Assembly (NCBI GenBank): GCA_965242865.1
Contig: CBDETK010000013.1
Location: 3,168,001-3,232,000 of the forward strand
Length of the DNA: 64,000 bases
Direction of reading: 5' to 3'
Source of the DNA: Candidatus Latescibacterota bacterium
GTDB taxonomy: Bacteria; Latescibacterota; UBA2968; UBA8231
The notes beneath the pieces are model-generated. The model saw only the letters and a list, made by a program, of their open reading frames with translations, searched no databases and was not told the DNA's origin. The translations under genes were made by a program, and so were the position numbers. Within the stretch, counting starts at the first letter, position 1. Each line of letters begins with the position of its first letter. Below, one piece after another: positions 48,604-58,056 of the stretch.

Positions 48604-49182
48604 CTAACGGAAGTCGATATATCCCACGCCGATATAGTAGATTAAGGCCGCGGTTTCATACGCGAGTTGCCAAGCTAACTTGAACGGGTTTTCTGTAGAA
48701 TTGCCAAAACCAAGTACTGGGGCTAATCGCCACGATGCCTGTTGCACCGCAATCCCCTTCGATGAAAAGGTCGCCGCCGTGCGCAACAGATGCAGTGGGT
48801 ACGTGACGAGGATCGCCTCTTGCCAGTCTTGGTTGCGGAAAACTCGCTCTATGGTTCTGGCCTCGCCGTACGTCCCGCCCGGGTGCGAAGCCGAGACCGA
48901 AACCGTGCTGTTGGGGGGTATGCCCGCCGCCGCCGCCGCCCGCAATGGGGCGAACACCACTACTTTGGGAGCCATCCCCTGCTCGTAAAGTTCGGCGGCG
49001 CAATCCAACGCCCGAGCGACCTCTCTGCTCGGTCCACTCGGCACAACTATAGCGTCGGCTCGACCGCCGATGTGCGGTACGTAAAAGGCGCGATGCACAA
49101 TCCAAGCGGCGAGTGCCAGCATAATGCCCAAGCTGACCGCCAATAAGCCCACAGCCGCTTTTGTAGAGTAATTGTATCCCAT
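48604..49182 (-). CDS. YdcF/DUF218-like protein
   Basis: TM, ADAIVV, A.ELY..G, TYGEA, ILVT...HL.R, YE. Confidence 0.7.
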   Translation of the reverse strand: MGYNYSTKAAVGLLAVSLGIMLALAAWIVHRAFYVPHIGGRADAIVVPSGPSREVARALDCAAELYEQGMAPKVVVFAPLRAAAAAGIPPNSTVSVSASHPGGTYGEARTIERVFRNQDWQEAILVTYPLHLLRTAATFSSKGIAVQQASWRLAPVLGFGNSTENPFKLAWQLAYETAALIYYIGVGYIDFR

Positions 49183-49212
49183 CGCGGATATCCTCCTCTT
49201 CTATCCACTTTC

Positions 49213-50019
49213 TTACTTCAGCTTTCTGACGGCCCGTACCAACTGCGGGCAACTCCCTGCCAGTTTTTCGGACAACCGCATACGACGCACCCAAGCCGAC
49301 GACACCCAATTGTGCCGCCGGTCCCCTCGGCCTCCCAACTTCGCAACCACGCCTTGAGAATCGTCGTGGTCGTATAGCTCTCGCCGCTTGAGGAAATACG
49401 GATCCGACCGATGCGTATTGGTCCCCGCGACCGTGCTGCATGCTCCAGCATAACCGCACTCGATCACTACGCGCCGTACGCGGGCTGTTGCCAGCCCTCG
49501 CGGGTATGCGAAATACCGCACCGCTTTGCCGAGTCGATCCTCAATCCTGCGCTTTGAATCGCTTACTTCGCGGTAAATCCCGTCGAGGCTGAGCCGGGTA
49601 AGCATGGCGTGGGTCGCGCTGTGCGAACCAATTTCGACTCCCGCTGCGGACAGGGCCGCAATGTCTCGCCATCCGAGTAACTCCCTTCCTTCCAGCCGGC
49701 ACCCGACGAGATCGCTGACCACAAAGACGGTTGCTTTGAATCCGAAACGCTCCAACAGGGGCATGGCCTCGGTCAACACGCTCGCATAGCCATCGTCGAA
49801 AGTGATGGCAATTTCCCGATCAACCGAGTGGTTCCCCCAGCCGTAAAGCCTCTTCACCGACCTCTCAAGCGCAGTGGTGACATAGCCTAAGTTGCGAATG
49901 GCCTCAAGGTGCTCTGCGAACCTCCTCGGGGACACGCTCAACGGACCGTCCCCGGCCTCTATCGCATGGTAGGTCAGGATGGGGAGGGCACTGCGTCTTT
50001 GCGTTTTTTCTTTAGACAT
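49213..50019 (-). CDS. Polysaccharide deacetylase
   Basis: ILTYH, ITFDDGY, EIGSHSATH, FAYPRG. Confidence 0.92.
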   Translation of the reverse strand: MSKEKTQRRSALPILTYHAIEAGDGPLSVSPRRFAEHLEAIRNLGYVTTALERSVKRLYGWGNHSVDREIAITFDDGYASVLTEAMPLLERFGFKATVFVVSDLVGCRLEGRELLGWRDIAALSAAGVEIGSHSATHAMLTRLSLDGIYREVSDSKRRIEDRLGKAVRYFAYPRGLATARVRRVVIECGYAGACSTVAGTNTHRSDPYFLKRRELYDHDDSQGVVAKLGGRGDRRHNWVSSAWVRRMRLSEKLAGSCPQLVRAVRKLK

Positions 50020-50854
50020 AGCAATGCTCCGGTTGTGCTCGTCTGACCACCGGGCTGGGCGCAGAAAGCCAATCCACCGTCATCTGGACGACTTCCTTTA
50101 CTTTATCGTGCGAACGGTAGGAGTGGTCGCTATCCTCGACCGTTCTCGCCTCGAATGATATGCCGCCGATACTGCGGCACAACGCCTCATAGTCGCGGGC
50201 GCAGTCGCGGCTAGAGGGGTCGCCAGAGGGATAGATGCCGAGTGCGTGGACGGTTGCGCGGAAGCGGTCTTTGGGCACGAGGTTTTCGATGGGTATATGG
50301 TCAAGACTTTCTTCTTCAGAGGCGTCCACCCCTCTCGGACGGGCGAATTGGTTCTTGGCCTCGGCGTATAAACCCCAGAACTCCACGACCGCGGCTTTCA
50401 GGTATTTGGCGGACCGGCGGATGTCCATGGAGCGCTTATCGGCTAGTTCGGTGGGACTCCACATCACTAACCTTTGCCAGTTCACCGCCGCCTTTGCGAG
50501 ACAATAGAGCACCACCCAAGCACCAAAGCATTGGGCCACGCACGAGACCGCCTCAATGTCCGCTTCGCTTTCCAAGAAGCGTACGCTCTGGACGCAATCG
50601 CCCACTGGAGTGAATTGGCTGCCGGCTTCGCTGTTGCCCCGTCCGCCAAAATCGAACCGGAGACAGTGGAAGCCGGCATCTGCCAGTTGGCGTGCGCCGT
50701 ACACGTACATGCTATGGTCTCCGAACAGATGATCGGGTTCGCCGGGGACGAATAGTACGCCGTGCCGCAGGTCATGCCTAGGGCTAGGCTGATGCAGTAC
50801 GCCAAGGAGTTGGCTGTTTTCTCCTCGATAGACAACGGGTCGCTCGTTGGTCAT
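50012..50854 (-). CDS. Alpha/beta hydrolase, exosortase-A-system hydrolase-1-like
   Basis: GVLHQP, LRFDFGGRGNSE, Cys at the elbow (AQCFG), C-terminal DH. Confidence 0.7.
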   Translation of the reverse strand: MTNERPVVYRGENSQLLGVLHQPSPRHDLRHGVLFVPGEPDHLFGDHSMYVYGARQLADAGFHCLRFDFGGRGNSEAGSQFTPVGDCVQSVRFLESEADIEAVSCVAQCFGAWVVLYCLAKAAVNWQRLVMWSPTELADKRSMDIRRSAKYLKAAVVEFWGLYAEAKNQFARPRGVDASEEESLDHIPIENLVPKDRFRATVHALGIYPSGDPSSRDCARDYEALCRSIGGISFEARTVEDSDHSYRSHDKVKEVVQMTVDWLSAPSPVVRRAQPEHCYV

Positions 50855-51044
50855 GGGTTGCCCCTTTGCTGAGAACGATTATCGATCATTCTCATGGTGC
50901 TTGTTCCTTCCTACCTTGCATTTGCTTGTCGTCTGGTATCGCTTTTACTATGCCAAGGAGACGAGGGGCTTCGTTGGCTTGAGAGAGCCTAGCAATACGG
51001 CTACGGATAAGTGGACCTATCCTAGGTTCACCTATGGGACACTG

Positions 51045-51221
51045 CTAGTCGGGATCGCAACATTTATCTGTCGAGTAAACGCAGGTCTCCGTTCTCCGGA
51101 ACAGCGTTTCCTGTATCCACATGCTGGTGTAGTTGGACCGCTGCTCTGGCTTGCACTCGACGTGATACCCGAAAACGACCTTGCGGTTGTGCGCCCGGTT
51201 TCGCTTCGTCAGCTTTTTCAT
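51045..51221 (-). CDS. 58-aa putative RiPP precursor, copy 1 (absent from the ORF track)
   Basis: Manual translation MKKLTKRNRAHNRKVVFGYHVECKPEQRSNYTSMWIQETLFRRTETCVYSTDKCCDPD; RBS AAGGAGGTG; sigma-54 promoter upstream. Confidence 0.78.
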   Translation of the reverse strand: MKKLTKRNRAHNRKVVFGYHVECKPEQRSNYTSMWIQETLFRRTETCVYSTDKCCDPD

Positions 51222-51368
51222 ACTTCACCTCCTTCCTCAGGCCCCTCGGTCTCCTTGGCGTGATGCCCAACAGGTGGTCTCATTGCCCGCCTCCTTTCTG
51301 ACCCTGTTGGATATGTGAAGCATGTTCCTTTCGGCTTTCGTTTGTCATGGCCTTCTACCCAAAAGAAA

Positions 51369-51488
51369 AGCAAAATGTGTGCCATACTATCTAACTTGTT
51401 GAAAGACAACAAGATGTGTCGAATCGTCCTCTTGGGCACTCCATTGGCACTGTCCGCTGGTGATACAGGGGTGTCCGCTGGTGATACA
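51369..51488 (-). promoter_or_regulatory. Sigma-54 promoter, IHF-like site and tandem UAS
   Basis: TGGCACACATTTTGC; TTTCAA-CAAG-TTA; UAS boxes at 51451 and 51472. Confidence 0.82.
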
Positions 51489-51535
51489 CTCGCGATACCG
51501 ACCTGACGAAAACCAGCGTCCTCCGTCGGCCTCTC

Positions 51536-54022
51536 TCACTCGCTCTGCAAGCCTTTGGTGATCGGCTCCCGCATTAGGGCCACTGTGTGCAACAACACCC
51601 CCACACCGGCAGTGACCGCCGCGGCCAAACTGCCCAACCCCAAGAACAGCCAGTCATCGTCGATCCGTTGCGCGAACTGGTTCAGCCACTCTTCGACGCC
51701 CAAGTGCGCCAAAGGCCCGATTAGCAGGCATCCCGCCAACACCAACCACAGCAGTCGCCGCGCCAACAGGCTGGCCACATGATGCCCCTGAGCTCCCAAC
51801 GTCCGCATGAAGGCGATATTGCGCCGCTGATGGGACACCGTAATCGCCGTCAGGCCGTATGCCCCCAGCGCGGCGATCAGCACGGCCAACAGGGCCGCCC
51901 CCCCGACGACCCATAGCCAGATCCGGTCGTCTTGGTAATAAGCGACCAAGAAGTCTTCGAGCCTTGACAGATGCAGTACTTCGTCTGGGGCTACAGCTTT
52001 CCACGTACGCTCGATATGATCAAGAGCCTCGTTGCCTGCCTTGGGGTCGAGGCGTACGAAGAGCAACTCGTGCTGATTTACAGAGGAGTTGAGCAAGAGC
52101 ACCCCCGGCTCTTCAGAGTTGTTTTTTAGCGAATAAAAGTAATAGTCGCTCAGTACGCCTACGACGCGGCCTTGTCCATTGGGCATCTGACGGGCTAGGC
52201 GTTTCTCAAACTGCACGACTTGGCCGATGGGCTGATCCCAACCGGCTCGGGCGACGAAGGTCTCATTAACCAGAATGCCCGCTTGGTCCGGGCCCAAGTC
52301 TGTGCCCTGAACGAGTTGGAGGCCGAGCGTCTCGACAAAATGCCGATCCACGCCTAGACAACGCGCCTCAATAGTGCGGTCCTCACTGGGCAACATCGTC
52401 TTTTTTATCCACGGTGCCCCGCCCAATTCTTTCTCTAAAAAATGATCCTTACTCGTAGCCACCGACTTGATCCCACTATGGGCGAGCAGTCGCTCCTTGA
52501 GTAACTGCCGGTGTCTGCTATGGATGTCCTGGGACAACTCCCTTATTCTGAGCACCAGCACGTCGGCGGACACAAAGCCCAGATCGAATACCTGCAAGTG
52601 GTGCAGTTGCCGAACCATAACCAAACTCGTGCCCGCCAGCCCAGCACAGGCAGCGAACTGCATCACCACTAACGCACTGCCCAACGTAGATCGGCGGCTG
52701 AGCAAACGGGTGCTACGTACGGCCTCGCTGGGATTGGTCCGCGCAAGGATTAGGCCGGGATAGGCGGCGGCTAGTAGGCTGGTCAGCACCAACAGGACCA
52801 GCCCGCCAACGATGAAGGGGGGGGCAAGGTAATCGAGACGCAGGTCCTGACCCAACACCGCGTTGAACGCCGGCAACAGGGCTTCGCTGAGGCCCAAGCC
52901 GATTACTAGCGACACACCACACACCATCACCGTCTCGATCCAGAACTGCACCGGCAGTTGTCGACGGGTGGCTCCCAAGGCGACGCGCACCCCAACTTCT
53001 AGCCCGCGTGTACTCGCCCGAGCCGTAGCCAAGTTGACGTAGTTGACCACGGCTACGGCTAGCAGGAGCACGGCGATCGCCAAGACGATATAGGTCTCCA
53101 ATGGGTCGTGCGGCGAGGCGATACTTTCGTATCCTTTCCACTGCGTCACATCGGGGTCCGTGTGTATGGCCGACAGGGGTTGCAATTCCACTCTAAAATT
53201 CACCCCACGATCTACCTCTTGGCTGAAATCGGATGCGTTTTCAAGTACTAACTGCCGCATCAGTTCTTCTGCTTGCTTCAAATCGCCATCGTTGGCGTTC
53301 TCTTGAAACCTGACGAATAGGACGCTTCCCCAGTCCCAGAAGTCATCAAGCCAGCCCCATAGATACTCGGAGTTGTGAAAGGGCAACAGGATATTCAACT
53401 GAATCGACGAGTTCGCCGGCGGCGGGGCGACCACGGCTTGGATGGTGTATTCCTTGCGTTCGGATTGGGGCCACCCCACATCGATCCGTATTACCTGCCC
53501 CACCGCTGGCTCGTCTCCGAAGTAGCGGCGGGCGAACTCGCGGCTGACCACGACGCCGTCTTTTGCCTGCAGAGCCGTCCGCGGATCGCCCGCGTCGAGG
53601 GGGAAAGAGAACACCTCAAAGAAATTCTCATCGACCAGCAGAAACGGCTCGTCGTTCCACCTATCGCCTATCCGCACACGGATGCGCCGACTTTCCAGTG
53701 ACGCCCCGCGACTGGAAACTAACCGGACCGTTTCTTCAACTTGGGGCACGGCGTTCTGGATCGCCTCGGCCATGGCGACCGGAGTGTGATCCCCCATCTT
53801 CCTATTACCATATACTGGGCTTTTGGCACTGAACACCACTCGATAGAGGTGCCCCCCTTTCTCATGGAAGCTATCGTAGCTCCACTCGTGCGACACCAAC
53901 GCGTGGGCTAGAATGCAGGCACCAAAAGCCAGCGACAAACCGCACACCTCAATGAAGCTCAACAGCTTGTGCCGTCGCAGGATGCGCACGGCGGTCCGTA
54001 AGTAATTACCGATCATTCTCAT
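51536..54022 (-). CDS. MacB/FtsX-like ABC transporter permease 2
   Basis: Paralog of 41172-43643. Confidence 0.88.
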   Translation of the reverse strand: MRMIGNYLRTAVRILRRHKLLSFIEVCGLSLAFGACILAHALVSHEWSYDSFHEKGGHLYRVVFSAKSPVYGNRKMGDHTPVAMAEAIQNAVPQVEETVRLVSSRGASLESRRIRVRIGDRWNDEPFLLVDENFFEVFSFPLDAGDPRTALQAKDGVVVSREFARRYFGDEPAVGQVIRIDVGWPQSERKEYTIQAVVAPPPANSSIQLNILLPFHNSEYLWGWLDDFWDWGSVLFVRFQENANDGDLKQAEELMRQLVLENASDFSQEVDRGVNFRVELQPLSAIHTDPDVTQWKGYESIASPHDPLETYIVLAIAVLLLAVAVVNYVNLATARASTRGLEVGVRVALGATRRQLPVQFWIETVMVCGVSLVIGLGLSEALLPAFNAVLGQDLRLDYLAPPFIVGGLVLLVLTSLLAAAYPGLILARTNPSEAVRSTRLLSRRSTLGSALVVMQFAACAGLAGTSLVMVRQLHHLQVFDLGFVSADVLVLRIRELSQDIHSRHRQLLKERLLAHSGIKSVATSKDHFLEKELGGAPWIKKTMLPSEDRTIEARCLGVDRHFVETLGLQLVQGTDLGPDQAGILVNETFVARAGWDQPIGQVVQFEKRLARQMPNGQGRVVGVLSDYYFYSLKNNSEEPGVLLLNSSVNQHELLFVRLDPKAGNEALDHIERTWKAVAPDEVLHLSRLEDFLVAYYQDDRIWLWVVGGAALLAVLIAALGAYGLTAITVSHQRRNIAFMRTLGAQGHHVASLLARRLLWLVLAGCLLIGPLAHLGVEEWLNQFAQRIDDDWLFLGLGSLAAAVTAGVGVLLHTVALMREPITKGLQSE

Positions 54023-54171
54023 GGTGCTTGTTCCTTCCTACCTTGCATTTGCTTGTCGTCTGGTATCGCTTTTACTATGCCAAGGAGACGAGGGGCTTCG
54101 TTGGCTTGAGAGAGCCTAGCAATACGGCTACGGATAAGTGGACCTATCCTAGGTTCACCTATGGGACACTG

Positions 54172-54348
54172 CTAGTCGGGATCGCAACATTTATCTGTCG
54201 AGTAAACGCAGGTCTCCGTTCTCCGGAACAGCGTTTCCTGTATCCACATGCTGGTGTAGTTGGACCGCTGCTCTGGCTTGCACTCGACGTGATACCCGAA
54301 AACGACCTTGCGGTTGTGCGCCCGGTTTCGCTTCGTCAGCTTTTTCAT
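54172..54348 (-). CDS. 58-aa putative RiPP precursor, copy 2
   Basis: Identical to 51045-51221. Confidence 0.78.
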   Translation of the reverse strand: MKKLTKRNRAHNRKVVFGYHVECKPEQRSNYTSMWIQETLFRRTETCVYSTDKCCDPD

Positions 54349-54495
54349 ACTTCACCTCCTTCCTCAGGCCCCTCGGTCTCCTTGGCGTGATGCCCAACAG
54401 GTGGTCTCATTGCCCGCCTCCTTTCTGACCCTGTTGGATATGTGAAGCATGTTCCTTTCGGCTTTCGTTTGTCATGGCCTTCTACCCAAAAGAAA

Positions 54496-54615
54496 AGCAA
54501 AATGTGTGCCATACTATCTAACTTGTTGAAAGACAACAAGATGTGTCGAATCGTCCTCTTGGGCACTCCATTGGCACTGTCCGCTGGTGATACAGGGGTG
54601 TCCGCTGGTGATACA
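54496..54615 (-). promoter_or_regulatory. Sigma-54 promoter and tandem UAS
   Basis: Identical to 51369-51488. Confidence 0.82.
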
Positions 54616-54726
54616 CTCGCGATACCGACCTGATGAAAACCAGCACACCCTAATACCCCATCACGGCGTATCCATACGTAGCCGCCTCTGCGCTCCGAGA
54701 TGCGTTTTAATAGCGATTTCATGGCA

Positions 54727-55011
54727 CTATACCGAGACAGCCCGTCTGGATACGAATTCTGCTAGGGCTCGCAAACTACTCAGCACTTCGGGATTGAGGT
54801 CGTCGTCGTCAAACTCAAAGCCGAATCGTTCTTCTATTTCTTGCACATAAGTCAGAATTTCAACGGAATCCATTCCAAGGTTGCCGTCGAGAAGGGCTTC
54901 GTCCAAATCAATCAGATTCGGATCTATATCCACCTCCGTCACCTCCAAGAGTAGCACCTGTAACTCGTATAGGAGGCGTTCCATTCGACTATCGCCAGAT
55001 TGGCTCTCCAT
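54727..55011 (-). CDS. Acyl carrier protein
   Basis: Acidic, LGMDSVE phosphopantetheine motif, IEERFGFEF; RBS AGGAGG. Confidence 0.88.
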   Translation of the reverse strand: MESQSGDSRMERLLYELQVLLLEVTEVDIDPNLIDLDEALLDGNLGMDSVEILTYVQEIEERFGFEFDDDDLNPEVLSSLRALAEFVSRRAVSV

Positions 55012-55114
55012 TGTTTGTTTCCTCCTAGTTAGTATAGCCGCGCCTCGGCCTTAGAAGCCGTCTGAATCTCCCTCTGGAGTCGTGTTGAGCACGGTAAGGA
55101 CAGCAGACCGCTTC

Positions 55115-56887
55115 TTATCCCACAGCCGCCGCGAAGTGCCTACGACCCTGTATCTCTTCTGTCCCATCCAACGCAAAAAGCTGCTGAAAATGCTTTCCCT
55201 TTCTCTTCATTTCTGCTGGAGTCCCCTCTTCTACAATTCTTCCGTTCTCAATGCAGAAGACCCAGTCCATTCTTTCTATGACTTCTACATTGTGGCTCAC
55301 TACTATGGTGAACATGTTTTTTCGAGTTTCCAGCAGTTCCAAAACCGATTCTTCCATCTGTCCATCCACCATTGAAGTGCCCTCGTCTATGACTAAAATA
55401 TCGGGATCAGACATTAGTGCTCTCGCTATGCACACCCTCTGCCGTTGTCCGCCCGACAGCCGCGCCCCATTATCACCAATTGTCGCACCGCTAGCCTTCT
55501 CTGTGACGAGTTCAGGTATCCTAAGAGAGTGCAGTATCCTATCTGCATCGGCGACCTCCTCCTGCTTTCCATAAAGCACGTTATCCAACACAGGCCGATT
55601 GAAAAGCAGTGTTTCCTGCGGCACCATGCCGATATTCAGATCCTTCAACTTTATGCTGTCTTTGCCAAATGCACTATGGACGGCTATCTCTCCATCCATG
55701 GGGTCCAAAAGCCCGCACACCATATTGACCAACGTAGTCTTTCCGCTCCCGTTCTCGCCCACAAGCGCGTAGCGCATGCCTCTTTTGAGGTCGAGGTCAA
55801 TGTCGTGCAGAACCAACCCTCCGTGATAGCCTGCTGAGACTTTTCTCATTGTTATCCGCGAGCATTCGGGCCGATTTCGTCTTTCTCCAGCTAGTTCGAT
55901 AGTGTCTTTTAGATGCAGGTTTTCCAGTTCCTCAATCCGCCTCAACGAGACGCTGCCCTCTACCAAGGTCGTATATACTCCCCCTAACTTCCTGACAGGT
56001 TCCACGAGCCAGTTGATGTACTGGCCAAACGCGACGAGAGCCCCAACGGTCATATCCTCCTCTAGTACATCGTGGGCACCGACGAGTAGAACCAAGATCG
56101 GCCCTAAGCCGAGGAAAAACGAGGAACAGGAATGTCTGGTCGCGCCGAAAACCGTGCGCTTTACTTCGAGATCGCCGAGAGCACCTACTTCTTTCTTAAT
56201 ATCCTTGGTAGTATTGGCCCCTTGGGCAAAGGCTTGCACCACCTTCAAGTTCTGGTAAGTCTCCACGAAACGGGCCGTGAGGCGACTTTTGCATTCAGTG
56301 GACATCTGGGTGTACTCTAAGAGCTTGGCTTGAGTAAATTTTGCTATCACCAGAAAAAAGGGGAGTCCAATCACGCAAATAAAGAGCAGCTTCAGATTCA
56401 TCCATCCCAGAATGCCCACAATAATCACCAATCGCAACCCATTTTTCACTACATTTAACAGCGTTTGGGTCAAGACCTTCTGCACATTACCGCAATCTGT
56501 CATCGCCCGATACGAAAGGTCAGCGGCGTTAAAATTGCGTAGATTGAAGTACGGGATCTCTATTATTTTTGCCGCGAGTTCCCCACGTAACTTCAGCATG
56601 ATGTTTCTGCCTATATGAGCACTCAACAGGCGTGAGAGTACGGACAGCACTAACCGCACAATCATCAGACCGAACATGCCGAATACGATCCAGATCAATA
56701 GCTCGCCATTGCGCTCTAGGAGCACCTTATCGATAAGCGTCTTGGTCAGTAGAGGCAAAGCGAGCACAGCCGCTATAGAGATGCAACTGAGGATCAGGGC
56801 CAAGAGCTGGAGCCGCCATTCCCAGCTTATGTACTTGACGTACGGAGTTAGCACACTGAGCAAGTTCGCATTTCTCTTAAACATCAC
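55115..56887 (-). CDS. ABC exporter, fused TMD-NBD (no C39 peptidase domain)
   Basis: TM domain, GENGSGKT, LSGGQRQR, ILVIDEGTS. Confidence 0.92.
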   Translation of the reverse strand: MMFKRNANLLSVLTPYVKYISWEWRLQLLALILSCISIAAVLALPLLTKTLIDKVLLERNGELLIWIVFGMFGLMIVRLVLSVLSRLLSAHIGRNIMLKLRGELAAKIIEIPYFNLRNFNAADLSYRAMTDCGNVQKVLTQTLLNVVKNGLRLVIIVGILGWMNLKLLFICVIGLPFFLVIAKFTQAKLLEYTQMSTECKSRLTARFVETYQNLKVVQAFAQGANTTKDIKKEVGALGDLEVKRTVFGATRHSCSSFFLGLGPILVLLVGAHDVLEEDMTVGALVAFGQYINWLVEPVRKLGGVYTTLVEGSVSLRRIEELENLHLKDTIELAGERRNRPECSRITMRKVSAGYHGGLVLHDIDLDLKRGMRYALVGENGSGKTTLVNMVCGLLDPMDGEIAVHSAFGKDSIKLKDLNIGMVPQETLLFNRPVLDNVLYGKQEEVADADRILHSLRIPELVTEKASGATIGDNGARLSGGQRQRVCIARALMSDPDILVIDEGTSMVDGQMEESVLELLETRKNMFTIVVSHNVEVIERMDWVFCIENGRIVEEGTPAEMKRKGKHFQQLFALDGTEEIQGRRHFAAAVG

Positions 56888-58008
56888 AGTGTAGTCCCGT
56901 GTGGTTCTTCTTTCATCAATCGCAGGCTATTAACGTGCGAGTTGCTGTAGTCAGGCTTGTTCTGCCGCAGGGCAGGACACGCTATCAGCGAAATGCAGCA
57001 GTCCCTAAGTGCCTCTAAATCCAACTCGCGATTCTCTCGGTAGTGTCTGAGGCCATTTTGCAGATGAGGTATAAGGCTTAATGGGATAGTATCGACAAAC
57101 TCGAAAAGATCTAATTCAAATTTGCCGCGCTTGCTGACCTCAAAGTTGTATGTCTTGTACGTAAAAAGCTCAAACAATATCCCGCACAACGCATAATGGT
57201 CTGTTTCCTGCGTGAATTGCTCAAACCGCAAAACCTGCTCAACGGGAGCATAGGCGGGACTGTACTTCCCCATTTTGTACTCTTTGCCCGCCGGGTGAGG
57301 CTCTCCAGCCGTTACTGTCGTCTCGAAATCGACGAGCGTTACCCCTAATTCGCTCAGGCCGACAGAGAACGGATCCCGAGGACACACCATGATATTTCCG
57401 GGGTTAAGATCGAGAAAGACCTTACCTTTAGCGTGTAACAAGCGAAGGGCCTCCGTCAGCTTAGCTGCTACCCACAATTTCATATCGAGGGTCAGTTCTT
57501 GCGGATACTGGTCTCTGCTAGGTATCGGATAGTACTTATGCAGCGACTTGCCTTCAACGAGTTCGTACACGTAATACAGGATTTTGTAGCGCGTTGGGAC
57601 TATGCCTTTGCAATAGTACTTAACCGCCAGTCCCTTCTCGATGGGCTTCGCGAAACTTTCGTGCTCCAACTCTTGGGCAACGTTAAACTCATTGTCGTAA
57701 AATGCCCTTTCGGCCAACCAAGTCCGAGAACCTACTCTGTCCTCACCCTCTGTCTTTACGTCGCCTAGGAGACCGATATCTTGGCTAGGCAGGACGTACT
57801 TTATGAATACCTGTTTTCCGGTCAGAGTGTCTCGGGCTGCGAGGATATTATGACGTCTTGTGGAAAGTCGTTCGGGAGAGAGCCTGTATTTTCCCAGCCG
57901 GTGAATTGGACGTCTCCTCGCTGGCACGACTTTCGGCTCGAGTACGCAGATAGGCATGCTGCGGAAAATCCACTTTGCAAACTGGCGAATGTGCCTGTTG
58001 ATTTCCAT
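56884..58008 (-). CDS. Stand-alone Ser/Thr-type kinase
   Basis: VFIK, YELVEG, LHAKGKVFLDLNPGNIMV, LVDFE, YAPVE, D.YALC; start after AAGGAGG. Confidence 0.8.
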   Translation of the reverse strand: MEINRHIRQFAKWIFRSMPICVLEPKVVPARRRPIHRLGKYRLSPERLSTRRHNILAARDTLTGKQVFIKYVLPSQDIGLLGDVKTEGEDRVGSRTWLAERAFYDNEFNVAQELEHESFAKPIEKGLAVKYYCKGIVPTRYKILYYVYELVEGKSLHKYYPIPSRDQYPQELTLDMKLWVAAKLTEALRLLHAKGKVFLDLNPGNIMVCPRDPFSVGLSELGVTLVDFETTVTAGEPHPAGKEYKMGKYSPAYAPVEQVLRFEQFTQETDHYALCGILFELFTYKTYNFEVSKRGKFELDLFEFVDTIPLSLIPHLQNGLRHYRENRELDLEALRDCCISLIACPALRQNKPDYSNSHVNSLRLMKEEPHGTTL

Positions 58009-58056
58009 GTTAGCCTCCTTTATGTAGCAATCGCGGTAAGTTCTTGCTCGCACCCA

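Larger units (their letters stand above)
50883..51517. repeat. ~635-bp direct repeat, copy 1 (promoter + peptide cassette)
   Basis: Essentially identical to 54010-54644 (offset 3127). Confidence 0.92.
54010..54644. repeat. ~635-bp direct repeat, copy 2
   Basis: See 50883-51517. Confidence 0.92.

Noticed and set aside
50847-51263. Plus-strand 138-aa ORF (and 54028-54390) and the minus-strand 68-aa ORF 51064-51270
   Set aside because: They lack a good RBS and promoter orientation; the 58-aa minus-strand ORF has both.
54068-54082. Extra sigma-54 site TGGCATAGTAAAAGC before permease 2 (also 50941-50955)
   Set aside because: GG/GC spacing is right but the -12 box is weak, and the homologous site at 43.7 kb does not keep the spacing.
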